Positions 40,901-50,639 of a DNA stretch of 64,000 bases are shown one piece after another; position 1 is the first letter of the stretch, and each line of letters starts with the position of its first letter. The notes below the pieces were generated by a model. The model was not told the origin of the DNA and did no database searches. It worked only from the letters and a program-made list of their open reading frames with translations. This DNA comes from an archaeon (lineage in GTDB: Archaea; Nanobdellota; Nanobdellia; Woesearchaeales; GW2011-AR9): positions 28,500-92,499 of the forward strand of contig JABHRS010000037.1 of NCBI GenBank assembly GCA_018670085.1, written 5' to 3'. A program made the translations under genes and the position numbers.

Positions 40901-43900
40901 CTCCCCAGGTGAATTCTTCACAAATGTATCATTCACAAAAGTTGAATTAGAACCATTTTCCAAATATACAATTGTGTTAGCTGTAGAAATTAAAGTGTTA
41001 TTAATGAATTCAGTATGATGTGGTTCATAATTTTCACTACCAAAATGAACTGCATAAAATCCAGAAACAATATCATTTGAATCAAAGATATTCTCATCAC
41101 CAATAATTAAAACCGCAGGATATAGCACAGATAATGAAGTGATATTATTAGTTGTAAAATTACCATCTGATCCTGAAACAACAGTATTTTGAGCAGAGCT
41201 GAGATTATTATCCAGGAATATATTACTCGCACCGACTGTACTTACGTTTACAGCTGTTCCTTCATAAGCAAAAACATCATTTCTATAAAATCTATGGCTA
41301 GAACTAGAACCAACTTGAATAGCATCATTATTTCCAGATGCGATGATAGTGTTAGACTCCAATGTGGCCCCACTGGACCCAGCAAGAAAGGCAACATTTG
41401 CATTTAAACCACCACTACAGTTACAATCAATAATGCTGTTATTAACTACGGTCCCATCACTTCCAATAAAAATCCCATACTCTCCTTGAGTTGTGTTAAT
41501 TGTCACATTGTTTACAAGATTATTAGCTCCAGCAGATCCAAGCTGAATCCCAGAACTAAAATTCAAAATATTTGCAAAATTAATAATTGTGACATTGGAG
41601 TTATTTCCAACACTAATTCCATGCCCACTACTATCACCTTGAATAGAATAACCCTTCCCATTCAGTTCTATATTACTTGCATTAATAGTAAAACAAGTTC
41701 CAGTTGCGTTATTGTTCTGAGTTACATCAAAATCAGCGTTGATGGTAGTACAGTCTGTAGAACTAGAGCTAGTACTATAATTACTAAACCCAGTAACATT
41801 TGCTGACAAAATACCTGAAGACACATCATAACTAATGTTACAAAGTGAAAGATCATTATCACAACGAGTACCATCTTTCAAAAGTTGAGGCGTTTCAGGA
41901 TAAGACAAATTTTCAATAGTAATCTGAATTACTCTAGTTGCATTCAAAGTACTAAGGCTAGTATTCATCTCAAATCCGATATTATTTTGTTCTAAATAAT
42001 GTGAATCACCAAACAGCAAGTTTGTATCTGTAGATAAATTAGTAGAATTAAAGAACAAAATACTTCCATAAAAATTCTCAAATTTCAATGAACTGGTCTC
42101 AGTTAAATCAGTTCTATCATCAATCTGAAAAAAATCATCATTTTCATTTACTGTGATATTTGTGAAGAGATTACTGTTTGAATTAACCTGAAACACAAAT
42201 GATCCATTTCTAATTGAAATCTCGCTAACATTACTATCGGTTATTGATTCTAAAATTAGCTCATCATTTGTGATAGTAAAATTCTTAATTGTGATTAAAG
42301 AAGAACCAGTCATAAAAAAACCATCATTAAAATTATCATAAAGAATTATATCTTCAAAAGTTGTATAATTAGCTCCACCTAAAACATTAATACCTTTCTG
42401 GGAATGATTTACAAAAGTAAGATTATAAAAAGTACTATTTGGAGTAGAAATTTGTATCCCATTTGAATTATTGATAAAGTCAGAGTGAAAAACACTGATA
42501 TTGTTATCACCAACAACATCTGCCATAATTCCTGCTCCTTGCATATCCTTAAACCTAGAAGCTTCAATAAGAGTATTTGTAGCAGAATCCTCCAATTCAA
42601 CTCCACCGTTCCCATTAGTCATGTTTACATAACTCACTGTTGTGTTCTCAGAAGACTCCAACCCAACTGCAACACTAAAACCATCAATCTCCAAATTTTG
42701 AATTACCACATTATCAAAATCGCTCACATTAATTCCAAACCCACTACCATTCCCCGACAAACTAAATTGATTGAACCCATCAATTGTAATACCGCTTGCA
42801 TTGATAGTAAAGCAAGTTCCAACAGTTGTAATTGATTCACTAAATTCATAATCTGCATTTAAAAAAGTACAATCAGCATGCACAACTTCTGCAGTAGTAA
42901 AATTACTAAAACCAGATACATTTGCAAATAATGCAGTTTGGTTATAACTTACATTACAAAAATTAGTATCATCACATCTAACTCCATCTTTGAATAAGCC
43001 AGGAGTGTTTGAGTAAGATAAGTTATCAATCACGATTTGTGATGACACATTCAGATTCAAGTTGCTACCATTAATAGTGATACCAATGTTATTATTCTCA
43101 AAAATAAAAATCAGTCCAGGTTCCAGTTTAGTTGAAACTGTCAAATTAGTTGAACTAGTATTTATTGAACCATATGTTACATTACGATTAACAATATTAT
43201 TTGAATGTTCCAAACCAGTGAGGTCATTAATAGAATGATTTACTTGATTGGTCACAGTTATATCCCGAAGTTCATTTGATTCAGAATCCCCACTCAAAAT
43301 AATCCCAGTATTGAGATATTCTCCTAAATTGATCAGACTATTATTGACAGTATCCAACCTTAGAGTATTATTTGTTACAATATTTTCAGCAAATAAAATA
43401 TTATCTGAATGAAAAATATCTACACCACTAAAATTATGATCAGTAAAAAAATTCGATGAGATATTAGTCGAGTTTGAATCATTCAAGTAAATCCCAAAGG
43501 CACCATTTTCATAAATATTATTGCTGTCAATCACAGAGTTTATAACTTTAATATCAAGACCACTCAAGCTTTGATTAAATACTTTGTTTTCAGAGAGGTT
43601 CATCCCAGTTGCCACATTCTCCACTAGATACATTCCTTTCACATTAGAATGGATCTCATTTCCACTGAATGTGATATTATTCACATCTCCTGTTGAAAAA
43701 ACACCATAGTTTGCATTAATAGAGATACTGTTCATTGAAAAAGTGACAGTATCTATGTCCCCCAGTTCCATCCCTTCATTAAAACTTTCAATTGCACAGT
43801 TTTGAACAGTCACATTCTCAACACTAACAACTGTCAAACCGACATTTGTTTTAGCAGTTGTTCCTGTGATAGGAAAACCATTACAATCCAAAACAAGGTG

Positions 43901-44413
43901 ATCTTCACCAATTGTCAAACCATTTACCCCACTACATTTAGTAATATTATCAGTTGCATTTAATGTACGAGAAACCGTTAAAGTGTCACCGCAGTTACAA
44001 GGACTAACTCCACAATCAACTTGAGCCAATACTCCACCACCATCACCATCACTGGTTCCAGATAAAATATCACTACCACCAACCGCAGCACCAGTTAAAG
44101 AATTTCCAGAATCAGAAGAGAATAAATTAAAAAATTTTAAAACTATAGAACTTGATTCATCAGTAATTTCAGAATCCAAAGAGCTAACAGGATTATTTGG
44201 GTTAATAAGCTCAGTTTCAGTGATCTCAGAGTCCAGAGAATCAACGCCACCATAAGTTCCAGCACTAGTTACAATCGCACCAGTAATTTCTTGATCTAAT
44301 GGTGCACCAACATCAGAAGAGACCAGGATCACAATTCCAAGAATAACTGCAAGTAAACAAAATAATACTGTCCCTAGAACTACTTCTCTTTTAAACCGTT
44401 TTTGAGCACCCAT
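37913..44413 (-). CDS. Giant (2166 aa) cell-surface protein with at least 4 tandem right-handed parallel beta-helix (NosD/pectate-lyase-like) modules, Ser/Gly-rich linkers, an N-terminal signal anchor and a C-terminal TM anchor
   Basis: Repeated module C..TINA..G.CF.I.A..I.LdG.g..I.G....GI.v....v.I.N. Very many N-x-S/T sequons. N-terminal VVLGTVLFCLLAVILGIVILV and C-terminal IAFLFLLLIVGGCLIIFVFGPV hydrophobic segments. Confidence 0.85.
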   Translation of the reverse strand: MGAQKRFKREVVLGTVLFCLLAVILGIVILVSSDVGAPLDQEITGAIVTSAGTYGGVDSLDSEITETELINPNNPVSSLDSEITDESSSIVLKFFNLFSSDSGNSLTGAAVGGSDILSGTSDGDGGGVLAQVDCGVSPCNCGDTLTVSRTLNATDNITKCSGVNGLTIGEDHLVLDCNGFPITGTTAKTNVGLTVVSVENVTVQNCAIESFNEGMELGDIDTVTFSMNSISINANYGVFSTGDVNNITFSGNEIHSNVKGMYLVENVATGMNLSENKVFNQSLSGLDIKVINSVIDSNNIYENGAFGIYLNDSNSTNISSNFFTDHNFSGVDIFHSDNILFAENIVTNNTLRLDTVNNSLINLGEYLNTGIILSGDSESNELRDITVTNQVNHSINDLTGLEHSNNIVNRNVTYGSINTSSTNLTVSTKLEPGLIFIFENNNIGITINGSNLNLNVSSQIVIDNLSYSNTPGLFKDGVRCDDTNFCNVSYNQTALFANVSGFSNFTTAEVVHADCTFLNADYEFSESITTVGTCFTINASGITIDGFNQFSLSGNGSGFGINVSDFDNVVIQNLEIDGFSVAVGLESSENTTVSYVNMTNGNGGVELEDSATNTLIEASRFKDMQGAGIMADVVGDNNISVFHSDFINNSNGIQISTPNSTFYNLTFVNHSQKGINVLGGANYTTFEDIILYDNFNDGFFMTGSSLITIKNFTITNDELILESITDSNVSEISIRNGSFVFQVNSNSNLFTNITVNENDDFFQIDDRTDLTETSSLKFENFYGSILFFNSTNLSTDTNLLFGDSHYLEQNNIGFEMNTSLSTLNATRVIQITIENLSYPETPQLLKDGTRCDNDLSLCNISYDVSSGILSANVTGFSNYSTSSSSTDCTTINADFDVTQNNNATGTCFTINASNIELNGKGYSIQGDSSGHGISVGNNSNVTIINFANILNFSSGIQLGSAGANNLVNNVTINTTQGEYGIFIGSDGTVVNNSIIDCNCSGGLNANVAFLAGSSGATLESNTIIASGNNDAIQVGSSSSHRFYRNDVFAYEGTAVNVSTVGASNIFLDNNLSSAQNTVVSGSDGNFTTNNITSLSVLYPAVLIIGDENIFDSNDIVSGFYAVHFGSENYEPHHTEFINNTLISTANTIVYLENGSNSTFVNDTFVKNSPGENEVAGLQGDHIFRNVTFDKNNVSFDPGSNASILLQWYVDVNVSNSTGIAVNAATVNIYNISNLSVLSATTGSDGFVLGQIVSEGTISSTGWDYATPHFVEGIKSGYDIAVNSTINLTSLSHANATVIINVSDADLSCGTLTSSVTLTEDINAAGDCFDIETNSLVIDLAGYSINGDDTGNAFSIGNISSLVIKNGFVDDFENSFVIRHASSVNITNVSIISAEEYGFLLEDVNSSTIEGNVAENLVTGLNLSWGFDNSIYNNKFNATRNNILAAGNNTYNISYGCSDDYLNILSGNCTGGNYWQNYTGLDDGSGSSYPNNVSYDGVGDTLLPYTVSITDSEPVEDYFPLLSCSPSWSCGAWQACTGSTQARSCVDSNACGVDNGKPIEVKDCESSGSGSSGSSGNSGESESSEESNSESENSETEGSDADSNIADSGNTDSDGSVAYAPTQEGQVVGPINAELPPADEILAPELVKENLIVNLIDSEPVDAPVIGTIIGPDGEISEVSGETDDTGSESSNLAGDAGSTSSGSSTGDSSGSESGSEADFGSSDISQKTAAVVDSSYDARRVAELPREKITLSIQNTDLEKSMVLKPIATQEVEDVKPVITRKVYDGATSGGSALKVSSSAVSSDMVSASLGAIERIVIAPGSTENVQVEVTGGYATTSNTFVTVAFFAGEDGDLSDEAVYTQELEIKREVVTTSSVVPSEDGNSIDVFAVIIEREKTDSSLIQSVTDSVSANGLTGAIAGIPGELIDSFDPYSGFTVYDGQYLEISLRDVSEGSFGNLGGKFSFLGSLLTGSDSRILFTDVYGPYDISTQLEGVDSDQEGFVFAQKFGYNPDQLSSGKYVVDMVISDDRGKLSSQSFLLDLDSENDLQDTIESEIAASELESESTDLENYEEGGNSLTGALVSDMTAAISFSQIVSVAYEQTEEAAYIIYQDTLPNREAKIAFLFLLLIVGGCLIIFVFGPVRPVLFDTLGGMKDHLGELRKDLNA

Positions 44414-44555
44414 CCCCAGTTAGATTTATACTCTATTCCTTTATAAATATTTGTAAGTCTAAAAATCTGCATTTTTTTAGATAGATAGTTATAAAAACAA
44501 GATATAAAAAATAAAAATAAAAAAGAGTTATTAATTAGTAGAATCCTTAATTTGT

Positions 44556-45341
44556 TCAAACATTTTTTTCTTTTAAACTAAGTTTCCATTTAGAAACAAT
44601 TTCATCAAAACTCATCCCAGAAACTAAGTCATCAACATATAGTTTATACATTTGTAATTCATAGACATGTTCCTTAATCAAAGCCATCATCCTTTCCTTA
44701 GTTGAATTCATAGCCTTCAAATTTGCTCCCTTACTTCGATAATAATTCTCTTCTAAGATAGTGCAATCTTCATCTTTTTGTCGACCAGCCTTTGGAACAA
44801 TTAGACGTAAAACTCCGTCTTTAGTAAAATCAAAACTAAAAGGAAACATTCGACACACAGCAGGCCGATGATTAAAAACTTGACATCCTTCCCCATCGAC
44901 TAAAAAATGACAATGATCATTTTTTCGGATTAATTGTAAAACTTTTCCATCCCGAACAGCCTCAAAAAAGAAAGGATCATTCTCTTCTAAATTTTCTACC
45001 CAAACAGGGTTATCAATTTTTTTAAAGACAGCAATCTCCTCAAGTGACATTTTGTTATGTGCTTGAATTCTGAGTAAGTCATGCAAAGTTACAAATATTC
45101 CACTTCCTGATCCAGTACAACATCCACCACCTGCAGCAACACAACGGTCACATGCAGACATATTAGAATAATCATCATCAACTACAGTTAAAGGAATAGA
45201 GCTTTTACTTGTTGCAGTGTTTATGGATTTTACAGAGTCCACAACGTTATTTTTTGAATCAAGATTTATTTCATCCATAGCGAAAAAATTTATGTTACAT
45301 GCTTTTAAGTGTTTGCTATTTCTGCAGAATTCACTTTTCAA
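44556..45341 (-). CDS. YkgJ-family (CxxCxGxCC) putative Zn/Fe-S-binding protein
   Basis: ACDRCVAAGGGCCTGSG...LLRIQ matches the PF03692-type Cys cluster. Confidence 0.55.
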   Translation of the reverse strand: MKSEFCRNSKHLKACNINFFAMDEINLDSKNNVVDSVKSINTATSKSSIPLTVVDDDYSNMSACDRCVAAGGGCCTGSGSGIFVTLHDLLRIQAHNKMSLEEIAVFKKIDNPVWVENLEENDPFFFEAVRDGKVLQLIRKNDHCHFLVDGEGCQVFNHRPAVCRMFPFSFDFTKDGVLRLIVPKAGRQKDEDCTILEENYYRSKGANLKAMNSTKERMMALIKEHVYELQMYKLYVDDLVSGMSFDEIVSKWKLSLKEKNV

Positions 45342-45343
45342 GA

Positions 45344-46534
45344 TTATTCAAATAATTCCAAAAACTCAGCATAACCTTCTGATTCCATATTATCAATTGG
45401 TACAAATCTAAGAGCTGCAGAATTCATACAATAACGCATTCCGCCTTTATCAGTTGGACCGTCTGCAAACACGTGACCCAAATGTGAATCAGCAAGATTA
45501 CTTCTAATCTCAATTCTAGAATAGAAAAAACTTTTATCTTCTACATACTGAATATTTTCTTCAACTAATGGTTTTGTAAAACTTGGCCATCCAGTTTTAG
45601 AATCATACTTATCAAATGAAGCGTATAACGCTTCACCAGACAAAATATCAACATAGATTCCAACTTCATAAAAAGCATCATACTCTCCAGAGAACGATCT
45701 CTCAGTGCCACTTTCTTGGGTCACATGATATTCCAACTCAGTTAAAATTTCTCGCAGCTCAGCATCACTTGGTTTTTCAAAAACTTTAGCTGCAACATTA
45801 TTTGAAACTAAAGTAATATCCTCAGAGTACAGAAAAGATTCAAACAAATCCAAATTCTCCTGAGTCCAAATTTCTTCAAGGAATTGATCACGCCCACTAT
45901 TACCCCGGTAATAAGAATAGCGGATAGGATTTTTTGTATGATAATCTTGATGATAATCTTCAGCGAAATAAAATGCTTCGAATGGTAAAACTTCTACTGA
46001 AAATTCATTCCCCTCATAAAGATTCAAAGTAGCAAGTTCAGATAAGACCTGCTCTGCAATTTGCATTTCACTTTCACTGCTGTAAAAAATAGCACTTCGA
46101 TATTGATCTCCTCGATCAACAAAAGAACCAGTTGCATCAGTTGGATCAATTTGTAACAACAGCAGATGCACTAATTCTTCAAAGCTGACAACAGTTTCAT
46201 CATAGTGAACTTCTACAGTCTCAGTATGACCAGTAGTGCCAGAAGAAGCTTCAGCATAGCTAGGATCAACTGTCACTCCTCCACTAAAACCAGAGTATAC
46301 TTCAATAACTCCATCAAGTTTTTCAAAAGCAGATTCTGTGCACCAAAAACAACCACCTGCAAAATGTGCAACTGAGTAACTTGCATTCTCAATGTGTTCT
46401 GAGTTATCAGAAGAGGGTGTTGGTTCAAGTTCAGATTCAGCTGATGGACCAATCATTTCCAGTTCAGAAACAGAGCTACAGCTTGACAATATCAAAAATG
46501 AGAAGATTACAAAAATAAAAATAAATTTTTTCAT
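45344..46534 (-). CDS. msrAB: Bifunctional peptide methionine sulfoxide reductase MsrA-MsrB, lipoprotein-type signal
   Basis: N-terminal LILSSCSS lipobox-like signal. GCFWCTE (MsrA active site). C-terminal GWPSF...RSNLADSHLGHVFADGP (MsrB). Confidence 0.9.
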   Translation of the reverse strand: MKKFIFIFVIFSFLILSSCSSVSELEMIGPSAESELEPTPSSDNSEHIENASYSVAHFAGGCFWCTESAFEKLDGVIEVYSGFSGGVTVDPSYAEASSGTTGHTETVEVHYDETVVSFEELVHLLLLQIDPTDATGSFVDRGDQYRSAIFYSSESEMQIAEQVLSELATLNLYEGNEFSVEVLPFEAFYFAEDYHQDYHTKNPIRYSYYRGNSGRDQFLEEIWTQENLDLFESFLYSEDITLVSNNVAAKVFEKPSDAELREILTELEYHVTQESGTERSFSGEYDAFYEVGIYVDILSGEALYASFDKYDSKTGWPSFTKPLVEENIQYVEDKSFFYSRIEIRSNLADSHLGHVFADGPTDKGGMRYCMNSAALRFVPIDNMESEGYAEFLELFE

Positions 46535-46627
46535 GTGATATCAGAATCATTAATCACTAATAAATGTTTAGAATTGATTATCAAATTTAATTAACATAAA
46601 AAGAAAAAAGAAAAAAATAAAAACTAA

Positions 46628-47362
46628 TTAATTAGCATACAATTCCAAAACATCAGCATTAACACTGCTCTCCATAAGAACATCAACTATTTTTTTCATA
46701 GCAGTACCCAACGCTTTATACGTTACTGGATCACCTCTATCAATCCCAACAATTTTTACGGCCTCTTCAGTCATAACAACTGCTGCAGCACCAAGTTCTA
46801 CAAAGGATTGAACATAAATATTCTCAGTTGGAAAAATTTCAGTTACAGCATATTTTATTGCACCATCAGCGATCGCTGCTTCGAGACCATCAGATTCAGC
46901 TTTTGTAATCAAAAGGTTAACCACATTATCTCTTTTCACAGCATAAGAAACAATATCATCAATTGCAGCATTCATATTACTAAGGTCAAAATTTTCGGGA
47001 ATAGCAATAACAGTAGTAAATCTATCAAAATGTGCTCTGAGATAACTTCCACTTTGAGTCCAGGTCCTTTCAACTTCCTTAATTCTCTTTGGAAGGTCAG
47101 ACAATTCAGACAAGCTCCGTTCGAATGCAGCATATGTAGTTGCAGATTCAGCTACCCCAATTCTTCCATGAATAACATTTTCCCTAAGTTCAGTTCGAAA
47201 TTCAGTATCCACCCGCAGAATTTCTTTCTCTAATGAAGACCCATCTTTGTAAAGCCCCCTAGTAATATTTCCAAAATAATCGGCAATAGCCATTCTAATC
47301 ATATGTTCAGTTTCCATTTTTGTATCTCCATCGGATTTATCGTTATAACATGCCAAAAACAC
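46628..47362 (-). CDS. Hypothetical protein, GC-elevated
   Basis: ORF only. Confidence 0.45.
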   Translation of the reverse strand: MFLACYNDKSDGDTKMETEHMIRMAIADYFGNITRGLYKDGSSLEKEILRVDTEFRTELRENVIHGRIGVAESATTYAAFERSLSELSDLPKRIKEVERTWTQSGSYLRAHFDRFTTVIAIPENFDLSNMNAAIDDIVSYAVKRDNVVNLLITKAESDGLEAAIADGAIKYAVTEIFPTENIYVQSFVELGAAAVVMTEEAVKIVGIDRGDPVTYKALGTAMKKIVDVLMESSVNADVLELYAN

Positions 47363-47587
47363 CCATATTTATAAAGTTGTCGTAAAATAACTACGGCAAA
47401 GTAGTGTATTCAGAGAAATGTGACAAATTGACAATATCTGAACTTTTATCAAAAATCGGTCCTAAAAAATATAATTAAAAATCTAAAACATATTAATCAG
47501 TTATTAGAACAAAAAAATCCAAACAGAAATAACAAAACAATTAGAATAATAAAAAAAAAATAAAAAAAATAAAAAAATCAAGAAGCT

Positions 47588-47914
47588 TTATTTCCCTTCA
47601 ATAATCTCATACTCTTTAACAATCACCCACAAGAACAGAAGTAATAACACTGCTCCAGCTAGCATATACCAAGCTCCAGCAACCAAGGAATCGTTGGATA
47701 AAGATTGATACATCCCAAAACCCATTACTGCAAATCCAAGCCATAGAAATTTATCAAGTACCAATTTCATAATTTCAAATTCTTGAGCTTCACTCATTTT
47801 CCGCTTACCTGAACGAGAAGATCTAGATTTTGAAGCTGCAACTGATTTTGCTGTCACCCTTCTAACTTTTGTTCGACTTCGACTCACTTTTCTTTTTCTT
47901 ACCATCACCATCAC
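47588..47914 (-). CDS. Small membrane protein with an Arg/Lys/Ser-rich N-terminus
   Basis: Basic N-terminal tail and two hydrophobic helices. First gene downstream of the pilin-like gene. Confidence 0.4.
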   Translation of the reverse strand: MMVMVRKRKVSRSRTKVRRVTAKSVAASKSRSSRSGKRKMSEAQEFEIMKLVLDKFLWLGFAVMGFGMYQSLSNDSLVAGAWYMLAGAVLLLLFLWVIVKEYEIIEGK

Positions 47915-47956
47915 CTGTATAATTTATTAAAAAAATAAAAAACCAATCAAAAAAAC

Positions 47957-48598
47957 CTATGAGGTTTTAATGAAAAAGGTTGTACTATCATATTCTTCCC
48001 AACTTGTACCATCATCTTCGCTTTCTTCAAGGACTGCCTTATACAAGTATGTACCTTGTTTACTCGGTGCTACAATTGAAAATGAGATCACCTGTGTTTC
48101 TCCAGCTGGAAGTGATTGTGCTGAGTTATCCCAAAGTATTTCAGCTTCAGCTTCGCCAAACTCCAACTTTTCACCTGGAGTAAAATCCACAAAACCATCA
48201 CCATCATTAACTTGGAACCCTAATCTAAAATGTTTAGACTGATCATCAACATTTTTTATTCCAACAGCCAGTACATCTTCTTCTTTAGTTTCATAAACTA
48301 AGTCATTACTTGGAAAACTAAGTCGATTATTACTTCGTCTTAAATCTTCTTGAATTTGTTCTGCGATTTGTGTTTGAACGGAACTTGATGTATCAGTAAT
48401 TTGCTCGAATTGACCCTTAACAAAACCTAAACCTAAACCTAAAACAACGAATGCAATTACAACTATTACAATTGCTTCAATAGAAAGATTCAATGAAGCC
48501 TTTTTCCCACTAGAAAAAATACTAAAAAAACCCTGATTTTCCCCTGCTTTTTTTCTAAACCATCCTTTAACCATTTGACCACCTCTTTGTATACACAC
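47957..48598 (-). CDS. Archaeal type IV pilin-like protein with a class III (prepilin) signal peptide
   Basis: KKASLNLSIEAIVIVVIAFVVLGLGLG resembles the archaeal pilin N-terminus ([KR][GA] then a hydrophobic helix with SLEAAIVLIAFVV). Adjacent to the prepilin peptidase gene. Confidence 0.55.
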   Translation of the reverse strand: MCIQRGGQMVKGWFRKKAGENQGFFSIFSSGKKASLNLSIEAIVIVVIAFVVLGLGLGFVKGQFEQITDTSSSVQTQIAEQIQEDLRRSNNRLSFPSNDLVYETKEEDVLAVGIKNVDDQSKHFRLGFQVNDGDGFVDFTPGEKLEFGEAEAEILWDNSAQSLPAGETQVISFSIVAPSKQGTYLYKAVLEESEDDGTSWEEYDSTTFFIKTS

Positions 48599-48662
48599 AT
48601 TATATCATGAGTGTTCTGATATTTACTATTAATTATTACTAATAAAATATAAACATTCTTGC

Positions 48663-49535
48663 CTATAAAAAGCTTTGCAATATTGGCATCCAATTTTCTT
48701 GAGTTAGAAGCAGAATATAACCAAACAAAAATGCTGGAACAAATGGTACACCTTCTTTAATCACTACGTTTTTAACAATTCCAGTTCCGTACCATTTTAA
48801 TAATTTTTGAAGGTCACTTCTCTCAATTGTTTTAGGATAAATTGTTGCCCCTTTTTCACCCCTAACTTTTTCAACCAACCAATCACCTTCAACCAAATCA
48901 AGAATATTTCTTTTTTGAACAAAACATGATCTTTCAACTGCTACAATCCCAACAAATAACAAATAACTTAGGATCACAATTAATCCAAGTGATGAAAAAA
49001 TCCAATGAACTCTCATTCCTAAAAAAATACTTACAACAAAAACTCCGATTGCAGCTTTAAAATATCCACTTGACTCATAAAATAATTGTCTAAATTCATG
49101 TATGAAAGCACCTCTGTGTTCAATTGCCAAACCGATACTCCAAAGAAGAGAATAAGCAGCTCCGGAAAAAAGAAGTAACAAGATAAAAGCTAACAAATCA
49201 AATCCGATTATACCAAGTTCAGTTGATAATGATTTAAACAAAAAATCAACGCCAATAACCGCACCCATTCCGATTAAAAGTTTACTATCAGCTCCCCCCC
49301 ATTGTCCAGTGTAATACAATAATAAAGCAATTATAAAACAAATTACAAGTCCAATTAATCCACTAATGATTAATTCTACACCTAAAGTGAAGGAGAATAA
49401 CACACGTAAAATTAAAGCTGCAATTACCAAACCCCAACTAAGCAGATCAGCAACTTCGCGATGTTTAATATCAGAAATTGAACTAGCTATTAAGATAAAA
49501 AAAACCACAACTGACATCACAGAACTAAAAACCAT
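48663..49535 (-). CDS. Archaeal prepilin/preflagellin peptidase (A24 family, FlaK/PibD-like)
   Basis: SISDIKHREVAD (DxKxREIPD first catalytic Asp box) and QWGGADSKLLIG (GGADxKL second Asp box). Polytopic membrane protein. Confidence 0.7.
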   Translation of the reverse strand: MVFSSVMSVVVFFILIASSISDIKHREVADLLSWGLVIAALILRVLFSFTLGVELIISGLIGLVICFIIALLLYYTGQWGGADSKLLIGMGAVIGVDFLFKSLSTELGIIGFDLLAFILLLLFSGAAYSLLWSIGLAIEHRGAFIHEFRQLFYESSGYFKAAIGVFVVSIFLGMRVHWIFSSLGLIVILSYLLFVGIVAVERSCFVQKRNILDLVEGDWLVEKVRGEKGATIYPKTIERSDLQKLLKWYGTGIVKNVVIKEGVPFVPAFLFGYILLLTQENWMPILQSFL

Positions 49536-49540
49536 TTATT

Positions 49541-50545
49541 TCACTTCTTACGAATTCTTGGCGGAGGTGGCAAAGGTAACTCTCCAATCACTTCATCTTG
49601 AATTTTTGATTCTTCAGCAGCAGATAAACCACCTTGTGATAATTTTGATTCCAAATTAGACATGTGTTCACCTGATTCAGCAGTACTTTCAACTGTTGAA
49701 ACATTAGCTGCACCCATCATCATAGTATGTTTAATTTCCATGTTATTATCTTGAACCTCAGTTCCAGAAAGTCCTACAACACCCTCTTGATCTAAAGAAA
49801 TTTTTTCATCAGGTGAGTCAGGCAAGTCAACAATGTTTTGAACATTCAATTCTTCATGTACATCAGGATACTTATGTTGAATATCTTGGATTTTCATTTC
49901 AAGTTCTGTAATTTGAGTTTGGATTTTCTTTAATTGAATTGGATTCAAATTAGAAGTTTCAGCTTTCAATTCTAATTCATGTTTGACACTTCTAATTCGG
50001 TGAAATAAGATTGAAGCCCGACGAACTTTTAATGAATTTTCAGAATCAACTGATTCAGATGTTGGTTTAGAAACTAATTTCCTAGAAGAGTTACGCTGTT
50101 TAACATCTGTGTTAGGCTTAACTTGATTTAATTCTTTCAATAAAGATTGCGAAAGTGCTACATCTTTTTTTAGTTCAGATTTTGCAAGTAACTCTGACAA
50201 GATGTGATAAAGTTTAGTGACTTTTTCTTGTAGCTCTTTATCTTCAGCTGCGTTTATCCTATTTTTTAATGAAGTGATTTGCCTTTTCAAAGAACTAACT
50301 TTTTGAGACTCTTTTGCCTCATTTTTCAACAGTTTATCCTCGAGGACAAAAATATGTTCTAATTTTTTTTCCAAATGAACAATCTCTTTTCTAAGACTAA
50401 GTCTTGGCACATTTTTTTGAGTAGAGAGATATTTAATTTCATCAATTTTTTGAGAAATTTCTTTTTTATTGATTTTTTGCCTCATACCATCTTGAGCTGA
50501 TGCTAATGAGTGTAACAATTTTTTTGCTCTAAATGCTGTAGCCAC
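49541..50545 (-). CDS. Coiled-coil protein with a proline-rich C-terminus
   Basis: Heptad-like charged repeats. C-terminal LPLPPPPRIRKK. Confidence 0.5.
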   Translation of the reverse strand: MATAFRAKKLLHSLASAQDGMRQKINKKEISQKIDEIKYLSTQKNVPRLSLRKEIVHLEKKLEHIFVLEDKLLKNEAKESQKVSSLKRQITSLKNRINAAEDKELQEKVTKLYHILSELLAKSELKKDVALSQSLLKELNQVKPNTDVKQRNSSRKLVSKPTSESVDSENSLKVRRASILFHRIRSVKHELELKAETSNLNPIQLKKIQTQITELEMKIQDIQHKYPDVHEELNVQNIVDLPDSPDEKISLDQEGVVGLSGTEVQDNNMEIKHTMMMGAANVSTVESTAESGEHMSNLESKLSQGGLSAAEESKIQDEVIGELPLPPPPRIRKK

Positions 50546-50639
50546 TTTTTTACCTTCTTATTGAGATTAATTTTTTTGATTCTGTATATTTTGATTCTAT
50601 ATATCAAATAAAAATTATAATTCTAAAATAATTAAAAAA

